Assembly (NCBI GenBank): GCA_945957375.1
Contig: CAMFKX010000002.1
Location: 3,323 to 67,322, forward strand
Direction of reading: 5' to 3'
DNA length: 64,000 bases
Origin: an uncultured Roseiarcus sp.
GTDB taxonomy: Bacteria > Pseudomonadota > Alphaproteobacteria > Rhizobiales > Beijerinckiaceae
Positions 10,725 through 21,107 of the stretch are shown here, in pieces. Under the pieces are notes generated by a model. That model ran no database searches, had not been told where the DNA came from, and worked only from the letters and a program-made list of their open reading frames with translations. Within the stretch, counting starts at the first letter, position 1; each line of letters begins with the position of its first letter. The position numbers and the translations under genes were made by a program.

Positions 10725-11830
10725 GCACGCCGCTGAAACCCCTGCCCGCCTGGGCCGACGTCGCGGTGATCCCGCTGGTCAATGTCGCCGCCGCCTTCGT
10801 GATCTCCGGCCTCGTGGTGCTGGCGATCGGCGAGAACCCGCTTCAGGCCGTGCAGATCCTGCTGACCGGCGCGCTCGGCGACCTCGAAGGGATCGGCTTC
10901 ACCCTCTATTACGCGACAAGCTTCATTTTCACCGGCCTTGCGGTGGCGCTGTGCTTTCACGCCGGCCTGTTCAACATCGGCGTCGAGGGCCAGGCCTATT
11001 TCGCCGGACTAGGGGCGGCGCTGGTCGCGCTCCATCTCGGCTTCCTGCCCGGCTATTCGCTGGTGATCGTCGCGATCCTCGCCGCGGCGCTGTTCGGCGC
11101 GGCCTTCGCCGCCATCCCCGGCTATCTCCAGGCCTACCGCGACAGCCACATCGTCATCACGACGATCATGTTCAATTACATCGCCTCGGCGATCATGGGC
11201 TATCTGCTGGTCAACGTGATGCGCGTGCCCGGGCAGATGAACGCGGAGACGGCGGCGTTCCCCGCCAACGGACGGGTGCTGCAATTCCACGAGGTGATGG
11301 CCTGGTTCGGGGTGCATTGGCCGGTGACGCCGTTCAACCTGTCGTTCCTGCTCGCCCTCGTCTGCGCCTTCGTGGTGTGGCTGCTAATCTGGCGCACCCG
11401 GCTGGGCTACGAAATCCGCACCGTCGGCGCCAATCCGACCGCGGCGGTCTATGGCGGCATCTCGCCCGCCCGCATCACCATCCTCTCGACGCTGCTCTCG
11501 GGCGCGCTCGCCGGCGGCCTCGCGGTCAACGTCATCCTCGGCGAGGAGCACCGGCTGATCCTCGAATACACGTCCGGCTTCGGCTTCGTCGGCATCGCGG
11601 TCGCGCTAATGGGCCGGGCGCATCCGGTCGGCATCATCCTCGCCGCGATCCTGTTCGGCGTGCTCTACCAGGGCGGCGCGGAGCTCGCCTTCGAGCAGCC
11701 GAAGATCAGCCGCGACATGATCGTGGTCATCCAGGGCCTCGTGGTGCTGTTCGCCGGCGCGCTCGAACACATGTTCCGCCGCCCGGTGGCGACGCTGCTC
11801 GCGCGGCGCACCGCCCAGCCGCCGATCTAG
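10721..11830 (+). CDS. Nucleoside ABC transporter permease
   Basis: Multiple TM segments, GLFNIGVEGQ and GYEIRTVGANP. The ATG overlaps the upstream stop (ATGA). Confidence 0.9.
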   Translation: MSTPLKPLPAWADVAVIPLVNVAAAFVISGLVVLAIGENPLQAVQILLTGALGDLEGIGFTLYYATSFIFTGLAVALCFHAGLFNIGVEGQAYFAGLGAALVALHLGFLPGYSLVIVAILAAALFGAAFAAIPGYLQAYRDSHIVITTIMFNYIASAIMGYLLVNVMRVPGQMNAETAAFPANGRVLQFHEVMAWFGVHWPVTPFNLSFLLALVCAFVVWLLIWRTRLGYEIRTVGANPTAAVYGGISPARITILSTLLSGALAGGLAVNVILGEEHRLILEYTSGFGFVGIAVALMGRAHPVGIILAAILFGVLYQGGAELAFEQPKISRDMIVVIQGLVVLFAGALEHMFRRPVATLLARRTAQPPI

Positions 11831-11840
11831 GGCCCGCGCG

Positions 11841-12812
11841 ATGGAATGGTTCGACGCCTTCATCGTCATGTTCGCCTCGGGGATGCGGCTCGCGATCCCG
11901 CTGATCCTCGCCTGCCTCGCCGGGCTGTGGTCGGAGCGATCGGGGGTGGTCGACATCGGACTCGAAGGCAAGATTCTCGTCGGCGCCTTCGCCTCCGCGG
12001 TCGGGGCGACCTTTACCGGCAGCGCCTGGGCGGGGCTTGCGGTCGGCGTCGTCGCGACGATCGGCTTCTCGCTCATCCACGGCTACGCCTCGATCGACCA
12101 GCGCGCCAACCAGATCGTTTCGGGCACGGCGATCAACATGGTCGCCGACGGCCTGACCGCGTTGATCGGCAACGCCATCTGGCAGCAGGGCGGCCGCACC
12201 CCGCAGCTCCCAGCCGACGCGCAGTTCGGCGCCATCGCCTGGCGGTTCGCGGAGGAGATCGGGCGAATCCCGATCCTCGGGCCGATCTACCAGCACGTCG
12301 TCTCCGGCAACGACATCATCACCTACATCGCTTTTCTTGTCGTCCCGTTGACTTACTGGGCGCTCTACCACACGCGATTCGGCCTGCGTCTGCGCGCGGT
12401 CGGCGAGAACCCGGCCGCAGTCGACACCGCCGGCATCTCGGTTCGCGCGCTGCGCTACAGCGCCGTCATCATCTGCGGGGTCCTGGTCGGGCTCGCCGGC
12501 GTCTATCTGGCGCTCGGTCAGACCGGCTATTTCCAGCCGCACATGTCGGCCGGGCGCGGCTTCATCGCGCTCGCCGCCCTCGTCTTCGCCAAGTGGCGGC
12601 CGTGGCCCGCGCTCGCGACCTGCCTGCTGTTCGGCTTCCTCGACGCGCTCGCGATCCGGCTTCAGGGGGTCGAGCTTCCGGTCATCGGCCCGGTGCCGGT
12701 GCAGGCGATCGAGGCGCTGCCTTACGTGCTGACGGTCATCCTGCTCGCGGGCTTCATCGGCAAGGCGATTCCGCCGCGCGCCTCAGGAATTCCTTATGTC
12801 AAAGAACGCTGA
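11841..12812 (+). CDS. Nucleoside ABC transporter permease
   Basis: Motifs SERSGVVDIGLEG, GLRLRAVGENP and GRGFIALAA. Confidence 0.9.
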   Translation: MEWFDAFIVMFASGMRLAIPLILACLAGLWSERSGVVDIGLEGKILVGAFASAVGATFTGSAWAGLAVGVVATIGFSLIHGYASIDQRANQIVSGTAINMVADGLTALIGNAIWQQGGRTPQLPADAQFGAIAWRFAEEIGRIPILGPIYQHVVSGNDIITYIAFLVVPLTYWALYHTRFGLRLRAVGENPAAVDTAGISVRALRYSAVIICGVLVGLAGVYLALGQTGYFQPHMSAGRGFIALAALVFAKWRPWPALATCLLFGFLDALAIRLQGVELPVIGPVPVQAIEALPYVLTVILLAGFIGKAIPPRASGIPYVKER

Positions 12813-13209
12813 CGTCCTCGCCGACCTGTTCGCCGCGGCCAAGGCGGCGCAGGCGATGGCCTATGTCCCCTACTCCAACTTCCCGGTCGGCGCCGCGCTG
12901 AGGGCGAGCGACGGGACGGTCTACGTCGGCGGCAATGTCGAAAACGCCGCATTCCCAGAGGGTTGGTGCGCCGAAACGAGCGCCATCGCCGCCATGGTCG
13001 CCGCCGGCGGTCGACGCATCGCGGAGATCTGCGTCATCGGCAACGGCGCCGCGCTCTGCACCCCCTGCGGCGGCTGCCGCCAACGCATCCGCGAATTCGC
13101 CGACGCCGCAACCCGTGTGCATATCGCCGGGCCGGAGGGAGTGCGGGCGAGCTTCACCCTTGCGGCGCTGTTGCCGGAGTCATTTGGTCCGGGTCATCTG
13201 AAGGCGTGA
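12796..13209 (+). CDS. cdd: Cytidine deaminase
   Basis: Motifs AYVPYSNFPVGAA, GNVENAAFPEGWCAETSAI and TPCGGCRQ (zinc ligands). Confidence 0.93.
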   Translation: MSKNADVLADLFAAAKAAQAMAYVPYSNFPVGAALRASDGTVYVGGNVENAAFPEGWCAETSAIAAMVAAGGRRIAEICVIGNGAALCTPCGGCRQRIREFADAATRVHIAGPEGVRASFTLAALLPESFGPGHLKA

Positions 13210-13420
13210 CCTCCGTCGCGGGCGCTCGGATTCGCGCTCCCGGTTCGTCGCCCTCGGCGGCCCCGCCCAAGGTCATCCGGGGACCGGCCTGCGATCGCGA
13301 TCTTTTCCTGCCGCCAGGCGTCGGGTACGGTCGTCGACGGCGAGATCGACGACCGCCACGTCCCCGGGGAAACGCTCGCCACGGATCCGGCGCGCGAACC
13401 GTCCGAAGAGCCGCCACCGC

Positions 13421-14425
13421 ATGAAGCGCGAACCCCATCCCTTCGCCCGATTCATCGCCGTTCTCGGGCGCGGCAAGTCGCTGACCCGTTCGCTGACGCT
13501 CGACGAAGCCGGCGAAGCGATGGGCATGATCCTCGACGGCGGGGTCCTGCCGGAGCAGCTCGGCGCCTTCCTCATGCTGCTGCGGGTGAAGGAGGAGAGT
13601 CCGGAGGAGATCGCCGGCTTCGTCCGCGCCGCCCGCGCCCGCATCGTCCCGCCCGCCGGCGCCCCGCGGGTCGATCTCGACTGGTCGTCCTACGCCGGCA
13701 AGCGCCGGCAATTGCCGTGGTTCCTGCTTTCGGCGCTGGCGCTGGCTGAGAGCGGCCGGCGCGTCTTCATGCACGGCGCCGAGGCGCATACCGAGGGGCG
13801 CGTCTACACCGGCGAGGCCCTGCGCGCGCTCGGCCTGCCGGTCGCGGAGAATCTTCCGGACGCGTCGGACCGACTGAAGACCGACAATTTCGCCTACCTC
13901 CCGATCGACGCCCTCTGCCCGCCGATCGCCGACATGCTGGAGCTTCGCCCGATCCTCGGCCTGCGCTCGCCGGTCCACACGTTCGCCCGCATGCTCAACC
14001 CGTTCGGGGCGCCGGCGGTGCTGCAGGGCGTGTTCCATCCCGGCTACATGCGCATCCACCGCGACGCGGGACTGATCCTTGAGGAGCAGCGGCTTGCGGT
14101 GTTCCGCGGCGAAGGCGGCGAGATCGAGCGGCGGCCGGCCAAGCCCTGCGAGGTCATGATGGCCGCGGACGGCGCCGCCGTCGACGAGCGCTGGCCGCCG
14201 CTGATCGACGAGCCGCGCCAGCCCCACGACGAATCGATGGACCTTTCCCGTCTCGCCGCCCTGTGGCGCGGCGAGATCGCCGACGCCTACGGCGAGGCCG
14301 CAGTAGTCGGCACGCTGGCGATCGCCTTACGGACCCTGGGCGCGGCGGCTGAGCCGGCGCAGGCCGAGGCCGAGGCGCGCGCGTTGTGGAGCGTCCGAGC
14401 GCGAGAAAGATTCGCGGCGGCATGA
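13421..14425 (+). CDS. Glycosyl transferase family 3 / YbiB-like (TrpD2-like) protein
   Basis: N-terminal GRGKSLTRSLTLDEA...LGAFLMLLRVKEES, DWSSYAGKRRQLPW and LGLRSPVHTFARMLNP, as seen in YbiB-like proteins. Confidence 0.8.
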   Translation: MKREPHPFARFIAVLGRGKSLTRSLTLDEAGEAMGMILDGGVLPEQLGAFLMLLRVKEESPEEIAGFVRAARARIVPPAGAPRVDLDWSSYAGKRRQLPWFLLSALALAESGRRVFMHGAEAHTEGRVYTGEALRALGLPVAENLPDASDRLKTDNFAYLPIDALCPPIADMLELRPILGLRSPVHTFARMLNPFGAPAVLQGVFHPGYMRIHRDAGLILEEQRLAVFRGEGGEIERRPAKPCEVMMAADGAAVDERWPPLIDEPRQPHDESMDLSRLAALWRGEIADAYGEAAVVGTLAIALRTLGAAAEPAQAEAEARALWSVRARERFAAA

Positions 14426-14541
14426 CGCGGCGCGGCGGCGCTCCCGGTCGACGGCGCGGCCGTCGTCGGGCATGACGAACATCGCCGGGCGCGCCGCGCG
14501 CGCCGAAGCGGACAGCGACGCCGGCTTCGTAGGATAACACC

Positions 14542-15966
14542 ATGCGCGATCTGCCGATTTTTGTCGTCATGCGCGACCGCCCGGTGATCGTGGTCGGCGG
14601 CGGTCTGGTCGCGGCGCGGCGCGCCGAAGCCGCCCTGCGAGCCGGCGGGCGGGTAACCGTGTTCGCCCCCGCGCTCGGCGACGAGTTCCGGGCGCTGCGG
14701 GATGCGCCGAATTTCGTCTGGGCGGCGCGCGAAGCGGCCGGCGCGGACTTCGCGCCCGGATCGCTCGCCTTCATCGCAACGGACGATGACGGCCTGATTA
14801 CGCGGGCGCGCGCGGCGGCGAAGGCCGCCGGCGCGCTCGTCAACGTCGCCGACCGGCCGGCGCTGTGCGATTTCCTCATGCCCTCGATCGTCGACCGCAG
14901 CCCGTTGGTGATCGCGGTCTCGACCGGCGGCGCCTCGCCGATCCTCGGACGGATGCTGAAGGCGCGGCTTGAGACGCTGATCCCGGCCGCCTACGGGCGG
15001 CTCGCTGGGCTCGTGAGCGGCTTCCGCGGGCGGCTCGCCGCGGCGGTTCCCTCGCAGACCCAGCGGCGCCGGTTCTGGGAAACGGTGCTCGAAGGCCCGA
15101 TCGCGGAAGCGGCGCTCGCGGGCGATGAGGAGGCGGCCAAGGCCCGTCTCGCGCGCGCGATCGACCGCTGGGCGGCGGACGGCGCCGCGCCGACGGGCGA
15201 GGTCTTTCTGGTCGGCGCCGGCCCCGGCGACCCCGACCTCGTCACCTTCCGCGCCTTCCGCCTGATGCAGAAGGCGGACGTCGTGCTGTTCGACCGCCTG
15301 ATCGACGATCGCATCATGACGCTGGTTCGGCGCGAGGCGGAGCGCATCTACGTCGGCAAGGAGCCCGACAACCACGAGGTGCCGCAGGAGGAGATCAGCG
15401 CGCTGCTCGTGCGCCTCGCCCAGGAGGGCAAGCGGGTCCTGCGCCTCAAGGCCGGCGATCCGTTCCTGTTCGGCCGCGGCGGCGAGGAGATCGAGACCCT
15501 GGCGGCGCACGGGATTCCCTTCCAGGTCTGCCCCGGCGTGACGGCGGCGGTCGGCGCCTCGGCCTACGCCGGCATTCCGCTGACCCACCGCGACCACGCG
15601 CAGGCCTGCGTGTTCGTCACCGGCCACGGCAAGGAGGGCCGCATCGATCTCGACTGGAAGGCGCTGATCCAGCCGCGCCAGACGGTCGCCGTCTACATGG
15701 GGCTGCGTCGTCTCGAAGCCCTGACCGCCGCCTTCATCGTCCATGGCGCGCCCCGCGACATGCCGGCTGCGATCGTCGACAACGCGACCCGCGCCAATCA
15801 GCGCGTGGTCGTCGCCACACTCGCCACGCTCGCTGCGGAAGCGCGCGCCGCCGGCCTCAAGGGTCCGTCGATCGTCATCGTCGGCACGGTGGTGGCCCTG
15901 CGCGACAAGCTCGAATGGTTCGCGCCGGCGCCGGCGGAGCCGGCCTCGCGGACCGCGGAGCCGTAG
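14542..15966 (+). CDS. cysG: Siroheme synthase
   Basis: N-terminal dehydrogenase (VVGGGLVA, NVADRPALCDF, STGGASP) fused to a methyltransferase (VGAGPGDPDL, RLKAGDPFLFGRGGEE). Confidence 0.95.
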   Translation: MRDLPIFVVMRDRPVIVVGGGLVAARRAEAALRAGGRVTVFAPALGDEFRALRDAPNFVWAAREAAGADFAPGSLAFIATDDDGLITRARAAAKAAGALVNVADRPALCDFLMPSIVDRSPLVIAVSTGGASPILGRMLKARLETLIPAAYGRLAGLVSGFRGRLAAAVPSQTQRRRFWETVLEGPIAEAALAGDEEAAKARLARAIDRWAADGAAPTGEVFLVGAGPGDPDLVTFRAFRLMQKADVVLFDRLIDDRIMTLVRREAERIYVGKEPDNHEVPQEEISALLVRLAQEGKRVLRLKAGDPFLFGRGGEEIETLAAHGIPFQVCPGVTAAVGASAYAGIPLTHRDHAQACVFVTGHGKEGRIDLDWKALIQPRQTVAVYMGLRRLEALTAAFIVHGAPRDMPAAIVDNATRANQRVVVATLATLAAEARAAGLKGPSIVIVGTVVALRDKLEWFAPAPAEPASRTAEP

Positions 15967-16034
15967 GCCGACGCCATTCCGGAGGGCGCAGCACCTGTCG
16001 TATTGCGCGCCGCGGGCGTCAGTTATTATATCAC

Positions 16035-16051
16035 ATTCATAGATATGAAAT
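16035..16051. promoter_or_regulatory. Probable BigR/SqrR-type operator in the AT-rich promoter of the ArsR gene
   Basis: Inverted repeat TTCATA-GA-TATGAA (16036-16049), reading ATTC-N8-GAAA, close to the ATTC-N8-GAAT SqrR consensus. It sits just upstream of the ATG at 16068. Confidence 0.55.
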
Positions 16052-16067
16052 TGAGACGTTGATCGTC

Positions 16068-16402
16068 ATGGCGCTGTTGGATGCGGCGAAGCGCGAGGAT
16101 CGACTCGAGGTCGACCGGATGGCCGGCAACGCGCGCGAGGCCAGCGAGTTCCTCAAGGCGCTCGCCCACGAATCGCGGCTCATGATCCTGTGCAACCTGC
16201 TCGACGGCGAGAAATCGGTCAGCGAACTGGAGGCGGCGCTGTCGCTGCGCCAGTCGACGGTACGGTCTCGCAACAGCTCGCGCGCTTGCGCCTCGAGGGG
16301 CTGATCGCCGCGCGCCGCGACGGCAAGACCATTCATTACAGCATCGCGGACGACAAGGTCCGCGCCGTCATCGACGTCCTGTACCGGACCTTCTGCCGCT
16401 GA
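16068..16402 (+). pseudogene. Frameshifted ArsR/SmtB-family persulfide-sensing repressor (BigR/SqrR-like)
   Basis: Two ORF halves: ...LKALAHESRLMILCNLLDGEKSVSELE...QSTV and SQQLARLRLEGLIAARRDGKTIHYSIAD...YRTFCR. A tandem duplication ACGGT-ACGGT at 16257-16266 shifts the frame; removing one copy restores QSTVSQQLARLR. Confidence 0.85.
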
Positions 16403-16432
16403 CGACGCCGCGACGCGCCGACCCTCTCCGCC

Positions 16433-17818
16433 TCAGCATTCCGGCAGGTTGACCGCGAGACCGCCGAGGCTCGTCTCTTTGAACTTGGCGCTCATCTCCT
16501 CGCCGGTCTGGCGCATCGCGGCGATGCAATTGTCGAGCGGCATGAAATGCGAGCCGTCGCCGCGCAGGGCGAGCGAGGCGGCCGCGACCGCCTTCATGGC
16601 GCCGATGCCGTTGCGCTCGATGCACGGCACCTGAACGAGGCCGGCGACCGGATCGCAGGTCATGCCGAGATGATGTTCGAGGGCGATCTCGGCCGCGTTC
16701 TCGACCTGCGCCGGCGATCCGCCGAGGACGGCGCAGAGCCCGGCGGCGGCCATGGCGGCGGCCGAGCCGACTTCGCCCTGGCAGCCGGCTTCCGCGCCGG
16801 AGATCGAGGCGTTGTGCTTGATCAGGCCGCCGATGGCGGCGGCGGTCAGGAGAAAGTCCGGGATCCTGTCCCGGGTCGCCCCGACGCAATGATCGAGATA
16901 GTAGCGCAGGACCGCGGGCACCACCCCAGCGGCGCCGTTGGTCGGCGCGGTCACCACCCTGCCGCCGGCGGCGTTCTCCTCGTTGACCGCGAGGGCGTAG
17001 ACGCTGAGCCAGTCGGATACGACATGCGGCTGCACGGCGTTCGATCCCCGCTCATGTTCGAGCTGGTCGCGAATGCGCTTCGCCCGGCGCCGGACCCCGA
17101 GTCCGCCCGGCAATTCGCCGTCGCGCGCCAGACCGCGCTCGATGCAGGCGTCCATCGCCGACCAGATCGTCGCCAGGCCGCGCTCGACCTCGCGCTCGGA
17201 CCGCGCCGTGCATTCGTTGGCCTTCTTCATCTCGGCGACGCTGAGCCCGCTGTCGCGCGCCATCCGCAGCATTTCCGCCGCGTTGGCGAAGGGAAACGGC
17301 CGCGTCGGCCGCCGGGCGGCTTCGATCTCTTGCGGCCGCTCCCTTTGTTCGCCGGTGACGACAAAACCGCCGCCGATCGAATAGCAGGTCTGCGAGAGCG
17401 CGACGCCGCCCGCGGCGTCGCGCGCCTCGAAGATCATCCCGTTGGCGTGCCCCGGCAGCGGCGGGCCGAAGTCGAACACGATGTCGCTTTCCGGATCGAA
17501 CGTGAGCGCCTGCAGTCCCGCCGGCGCGAGGCGGCGCGTCTTCCGCAGCGCTTCGAGCTGGCGCTCCGCCTCGTCGACGTCGAGGTCGGCGGGACGCCAG
17601 CCCAGCAGCCCGAGCGCGACCGCCCGATCGGTCGCATGGCCCTTGCCGGTGAAGGCGAGTGACCCGTGCAGCGTGACCCGCACCGCGGCGGCCCGCGCCG
17701 CGGCGACGGAACCGCGCAGAAGATCGAGGAAGTCGGCGGCCGCCGTCATCGGCCCCATCGTGTGCGAGGACGAAGGGCCGACGCCGACTTTGAACACGTC
17801 GAACACGCTGAGGAACAT
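16433..17818 (-). CDS. sdaA: L-serine ammonia-lyase (Fe-S, single chain)
   Basis: Motifs [58 protein letters not shown] and VPCIERN. Confidence 0.96.
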   Translation of the reverse strand: MFLSVFDVFKVGVGPSSSHTMGPMTAAADFLDLLRGSVAAARAAAVRVTLHGSLAFTGKGHATDRAVALGLLGWRPADLDVDEAERQLEALRKTRRLAPAGLQALTFDPESDIVFDFGPPLPGHANGMIFEARDAAGGVALSQTCYSIGGGFVVTGEQRERPQEIEAARRPTRPFPFANAAEMLRMARDSGLSVAEMKKANECTARSEREVERGLATIWSAMDACIERGLARDGELPGGLGVRRRAKRIRDQLEHERGSNAVQPHVVSDWLSVYALAVNEENAAGGRVVTAPTNGAAGVVPAVLRYYLDHCVGATRDRIPDFLLTAAAIGGLIKHNASISGAEAGCQGEVGSAAAMAAAGLCAVLGGSPAQVENAAEIALEHHLGMTCDPVAGLVQVPCIERNGIGAMKAVAAASLALRGDGSHFMPLDNCIAAMRQTGEEMSAKFKETSLGGLAVNLPEC

Positions 17819-18102
17819 ACGATGGTCCCCTCGGGCGGTCGGGCGCGCGCGGGATTCCGCGAGCGTGGGCCGCCGGCAGGATCGCCTTCCGCGTCCGCCG
17901 GCGCAAGCGCCTCGCTCCCGGTCCGGCGACGATGAGAGGTCCCGCCGTCAAGCCAGACGCAAGAACGCGCGCCGTCAGAGGGACGCCACATGCAAATAGT
18001 CGGAGCGAAGGAAATTCTTCCGGCTGAAGGCGAACGACTCCCAACGGGCGCCGGGACCGCCGCGCCCTCGTTTGCGAGCGATGCGCCGCGCGCCCGATCA
18101 GG

Positions 18103-18117
18103 CTATCTTTCGATAGG
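18103..18117 (+). promoter_or_regulatory. Conserved activator box 1 (CTATC-N4-GATAG)
   Basis: CTATCTTTCGATAGG upstream of the kinase/carboxylase operon; identical to the box at 24457. Confidence 0.7.
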
Positions 18118-18212
18118 TGGTCGTCGATAGGCGGGCGCTTAAGAGCAGGATGCGGTGATGATCGCCGGAGGGACGACGAAGAGCGTCCCCCGCTGCCTGA
18201 GGAGATGCAAGG

Positions 18213-20030
18213 ATGTCGGCCAGCGAGCGCGCGTTCCCCCTGCCTTCCGAAATTCGCGACCTGCCCGGGACCGAGGGCTGGGAGCAGATGTATCCCTACT
18301 TCACCCGCTTCCGGCCCGAGGACGACAAGGTCTTCTGGTTCTACAACGCCATGCACTTTCCCGAGCCGATGCCGGCCTTCGACGTGCTGACGGCGGAAGT
18401 GCCCTATCAGGCGCTCGGCGCCTTCACGACCCGCGTGTTCTCGTTCCCGACCACGCTCGGCATCGACCACCGCATCGTCAACGGCCGCATCTACATCACC
18501 GCCTATCCGGTCACCGATCCGGAGGAGATCGGTCGCCGCCTCGCGGTGTTCCAGGAGCGCGCCGGCTACTATTTCCAGAACTGGGAGCGGCTCTACGGCG
18601 AATGGAAGGAGCGGATGCACGCCCTCATCCGCGACCTCCAGGCGATCCACGTCCCCGCGTTGCCCGAACTCGACGACATCGAAACCGTCACTTCGGCCAA
18701 GGGCATCGGCCAGAACCACTACGTGCGCGAGTCCTATCACCGGACGATCGAATCCTTCTCGAAGATGTGGCACCACCACTTCGAGTTCCTGATGCTGGGC
18801 TACGGCGCCTATCTCGTCTTCTTCGAATTCTGCAAGAAGGCGTTCCCCGAGATCTCCGACCAGACCGTCGCGCGCATGGTGGCGGGCATCGACGTCTTCA
18901 TGTTCCGCCCGGACGAGGAACTGAAGAAGCTCGCCAGACTCGCCGGCGAACTGAAGGTCGGCCACAAGTTCGGCGACGGCTCGGACCCGACCGAAATCAT
19001 CAGCGCGCTGGAGCAGATGGGCGAGCCGGGCAAAGCCTGGCTCGCGGCGCTCGAGGAGACGCGCGACCCGTGGTTCCTGATGTCGACCGGCGACGGCTTC
19101 TATCATCACCACCGCAGCTGGAACGACGACCTCTCGGTGCCGTTCTCCGCGATCGCGCGCTACATCACGATGATCGAGGCCGGCCAATCGATCGAGCGCC
19201 CGACCGCGGCGCTGAAAGCGGAGCGCGAACGGATCATCGCCGACTACCGCGCGTTGCTCGGAAGCGACGAGGAGCGCGGCGCCTTCGACCAGATGCTTGG
19301 CCTCTGCCACCTCGTGTTCCCCTTCGTCGAGGACCACAAGTTCTACTGCGAGCACTGGTTCACGACGCTGTGGTTCACGAAGCTGCGCGAGTTCGGCGCG
19401 CTGCTCGCCCGCTTCGGCGTGATCGCCGACGTCGAGGACTTCTTCCACCTTCACCACACCGAGGCGGACCTCGCCCTGCAGGAAGTGGCGCTCGCCTGGG
19501 CCTCGGGCGGCCCGCCCGCCGGGCGCGGCCACTGGAAGCCGATCCTCAAGGAGCGCAAGCGCATCTGGGAGAAGCTCAAGGACTGGTCGCCGCCGCCGGC
19601 GCTGGGGCCGATTCCCGAAAACATCGCCGACCCGGCGCTGCAGATGCTGTGGGGCATCACTTCGGAGACCCTCGCCTCGTGGGCGCGCAAGCCCAGCGTC
19701 GCCGACGCCAACGAACTGCATGGCTTTGCGGCCTCGCCGGGCGTCGCCGAGGGCGTCGCCCGGGTCTTGAAGAGCGCCAACGACATCGGGCAGATGCGCG
19801 ATGGCGAGATCCTCGTCTGCCCCGTCACCAACCCGTCCTGGGGCCCGGTATTCGGCAAGATCAAGGCGGCCGTGTCGGACATCGGCGGCACCATGTCGCA
19901 CGCGGCGATCGTGGCGCGCGAATACGGCATGCCCGCCGTCGTCGGCACCGGCGGCGCGACCAAGCGCATCACCACCGGCCAGCGGGTGCGCGTGGACGGC
20001 AACACCGGCGTCGTCACCATTCTCGGCTGA
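18213..20030 (+). CDS. Phenylphosphate-synthase subunit A-like PEP-utilising phosphotransferase (HpeH/AcvA/CreH-like aryl kinase subunit)
   Basis: N-terminus PGTEGWEQMYPY...FWFYNAMHFPEP and HHFEFLMLGYGAY resemble Thauera phenylphosphate synthase A as I recall it. C-terminal phospho-His swivel domain GGTMSHAAIVAREYGMPAVVG. No pyruvate-binding barrel. Confidence 0.85.
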   Translation: MSASERAFPLPSEIRDLPGTEGWEQMYPYFTRFRPEDDKVFWFYNAMHFPEPMPAFDVLTAEVPYQALGAFTTRVFSFPTTLGIDHRIVNGRIYITAYPVTDPEEIGRRLAVFQERAGYYFQNWERLYGEWKERMHALIRDLQAIHVPALPELDDIETVTSAKGIGQNHYVRESYHRTIESFSKMWHHHFEFLMLGYGAYLVFFEFCKKAFPEISDQTVARMVAGIDVFMFRPDEELKKLARLAGELKVGHKFGDGSDPTEIISALEQMGEPGKAWLAALEETRDPWFLMSTGDGFYHHHRSWNDDLSVPFSAIARYITMIEAGQSIERPTAALKAERERIIADYRALLGSDEERGAFDQMLGLCHLVFPFVEDHKFYCEHWFTTLWFTKLREFGALLARFGVIADVEDFFHLHHTEADLALQEVALAWASGGPPAGRGHWKPILKERKRIWEKLKDWSPPPALGPIPENIADPALQMLWGITSETLASWARKPSVADANELHGFAASPGVAEGVARVLKSANDIGQMRDGEILVCPVTNPSWGPVFGKIKAAVSDIGGTMSHAAIVAREYGMPAVVGTGGATKRITTGQRVRVDGNTGVVTILG

Positions 20031-20042
20031 CGGAGGCGATCC

Positions 20043-21107
20043 ATGGCCGCTTTCGCTTCGCCCTTCGCCGATCTGAGCGTCGTCGACCGTCCGACGGTCG
20101 GCGGCAAGGGCGCCTCGCTTGGGGAGATGACCCGGGCGGGCGTCCGCGTGCCGCCCGGCTTTGTCGTCACCACCGGCGCATTCGAGCGCTTCCTCGCTGG
20201 CGTCGACCCGGAGGGGCACATCCGGCGCTCGATCGAGGCGCTGCCGGCGGGCGACTTGATCGCCGTGTCGAAGGCGGCGGAGGCGGCGCGCGCGCGCATC
20301 GTCTCCGCGCCGATGCCGGCCGAGATCGGCGAGGCGATCGTCTCCGGTTACGCCGAACTCTGCGGCGCAGGCGGCGACCAGCCGGTCGCGGTGCGCTCGT
20401 CGGCGACCAGCGAGGATTCGAGCGAGGCGAGCTTCGCCGGCCTGCAGGAGACCTATCTCTGGATCGTCGGCGCCGATGCGGTGCTGCATGCGGTGCGCGA
20501 CTGCTGGGCGAGCCTCTACAGCGCCGAGTCGGTCAGCTACCGCCTGCGCTTCAAGCTGCCGGAAGAGGGGCTGGCGATGGGCGTCGTCATCCAGCGCATG
20601 GTCGATCCGCGCTGCTCGGGGGTGATGTTCACCCGCAGCCCGCTGACCGGCGACCGCTCGGTGATCGCGATTGAGTCGAGCTGGGGCCTCGGTTCGGCGG
20701 TGGTCAGCGGCGTCGTCACGCCGGACAAGTACGTGATCAACAAGGTCACCGGCGAAGTCGTCAAGCGCACCGTGTCGCACAAGACGGTCGCCCACGTGCC
20801 CGACGCCGCGGCTGGCGGAGTGCGCGAGATCGCGGTGCCGGACGACCGCCGCGACGCGCCGTGCCTGGACGATGCGCAAATCGCCGAGCTCGCGCGCATC
20901 GGCAAGTCGATCGAGGCGCATTACGGCTGTCCGCAGGACATCGAATGGGCTCTGGCGCCGGACGTCGACGGGACGGAGCGGCTGTTCCTGCTGCAGAGCC
21001 GGCCCGAAACGATCTGGGCCAACAAGGAGCGTCAGCCGGCGGCGGCGCCCAAGGCGACCGCCTTCGCCCACGTCTTCGACATGTTCGGAGGAAAGCCCAG
21101 GACATGA
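20043..21107 (+). CDS. PEP/pyruvate-binding (ATP-grasp) subunit of the aryl kinase (phenylphosphate synthase B / HpeI / AcvB-like)
   Basis: Motifs VGGKGASLGEM, VAVRSSATSEDS...SFAGLQET, SGVMFT and PQDIEW; stand-alone ATP-grasp module. Confidence 0.88.
   Translation: MAAFASPFADLSVVDRPTVGGKGASLGEMTRAGVRVPPGFVVTTGAFERFLAGVDPEGHIRRSIEALPAGDLIAVSKAAEAARARIVSAPMPAEIGEAIVSGYAELCGAGGDQPVAVRSSATSEDSSEASFAGLQETYLWIVGADAVLHAVRDCWASLYSAESVSYRLRFKLPEEGLAMGVVIQRMVDPRCSGVMFTRSPLTGDRSVIAIESSWGLGSAVVSGVVTPDKYVINKVTGEVVKRTVSHKTVAHVPDAAAGGVREIAVPDDRRDAPCLDDAQIAELARIGKSIEAHYGCPQDIEWALAPDVDGTERLFLLQSRPETIWANKERQPAAAPKATAFAHVFDMFGGKPRT

Noticed and set aside
17820-18000. Glycine riboswitch upstream of sdaA
   Set aside because: I could not find the conserved GGAGA/CCGAAG/CTCTCAGG core on the minus strand.
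17052-21071. 1339-aa minus-strand ORF (and similar long ORFs at 7968..10715, 32697..35432, 49219..53145 and 59975..62902)
   Set aside because: These are antisense shadows of well-supported genes. Stop-poor reverse frames are expected in very GC-rich DNA, and the translations contain no recognisable motifs.
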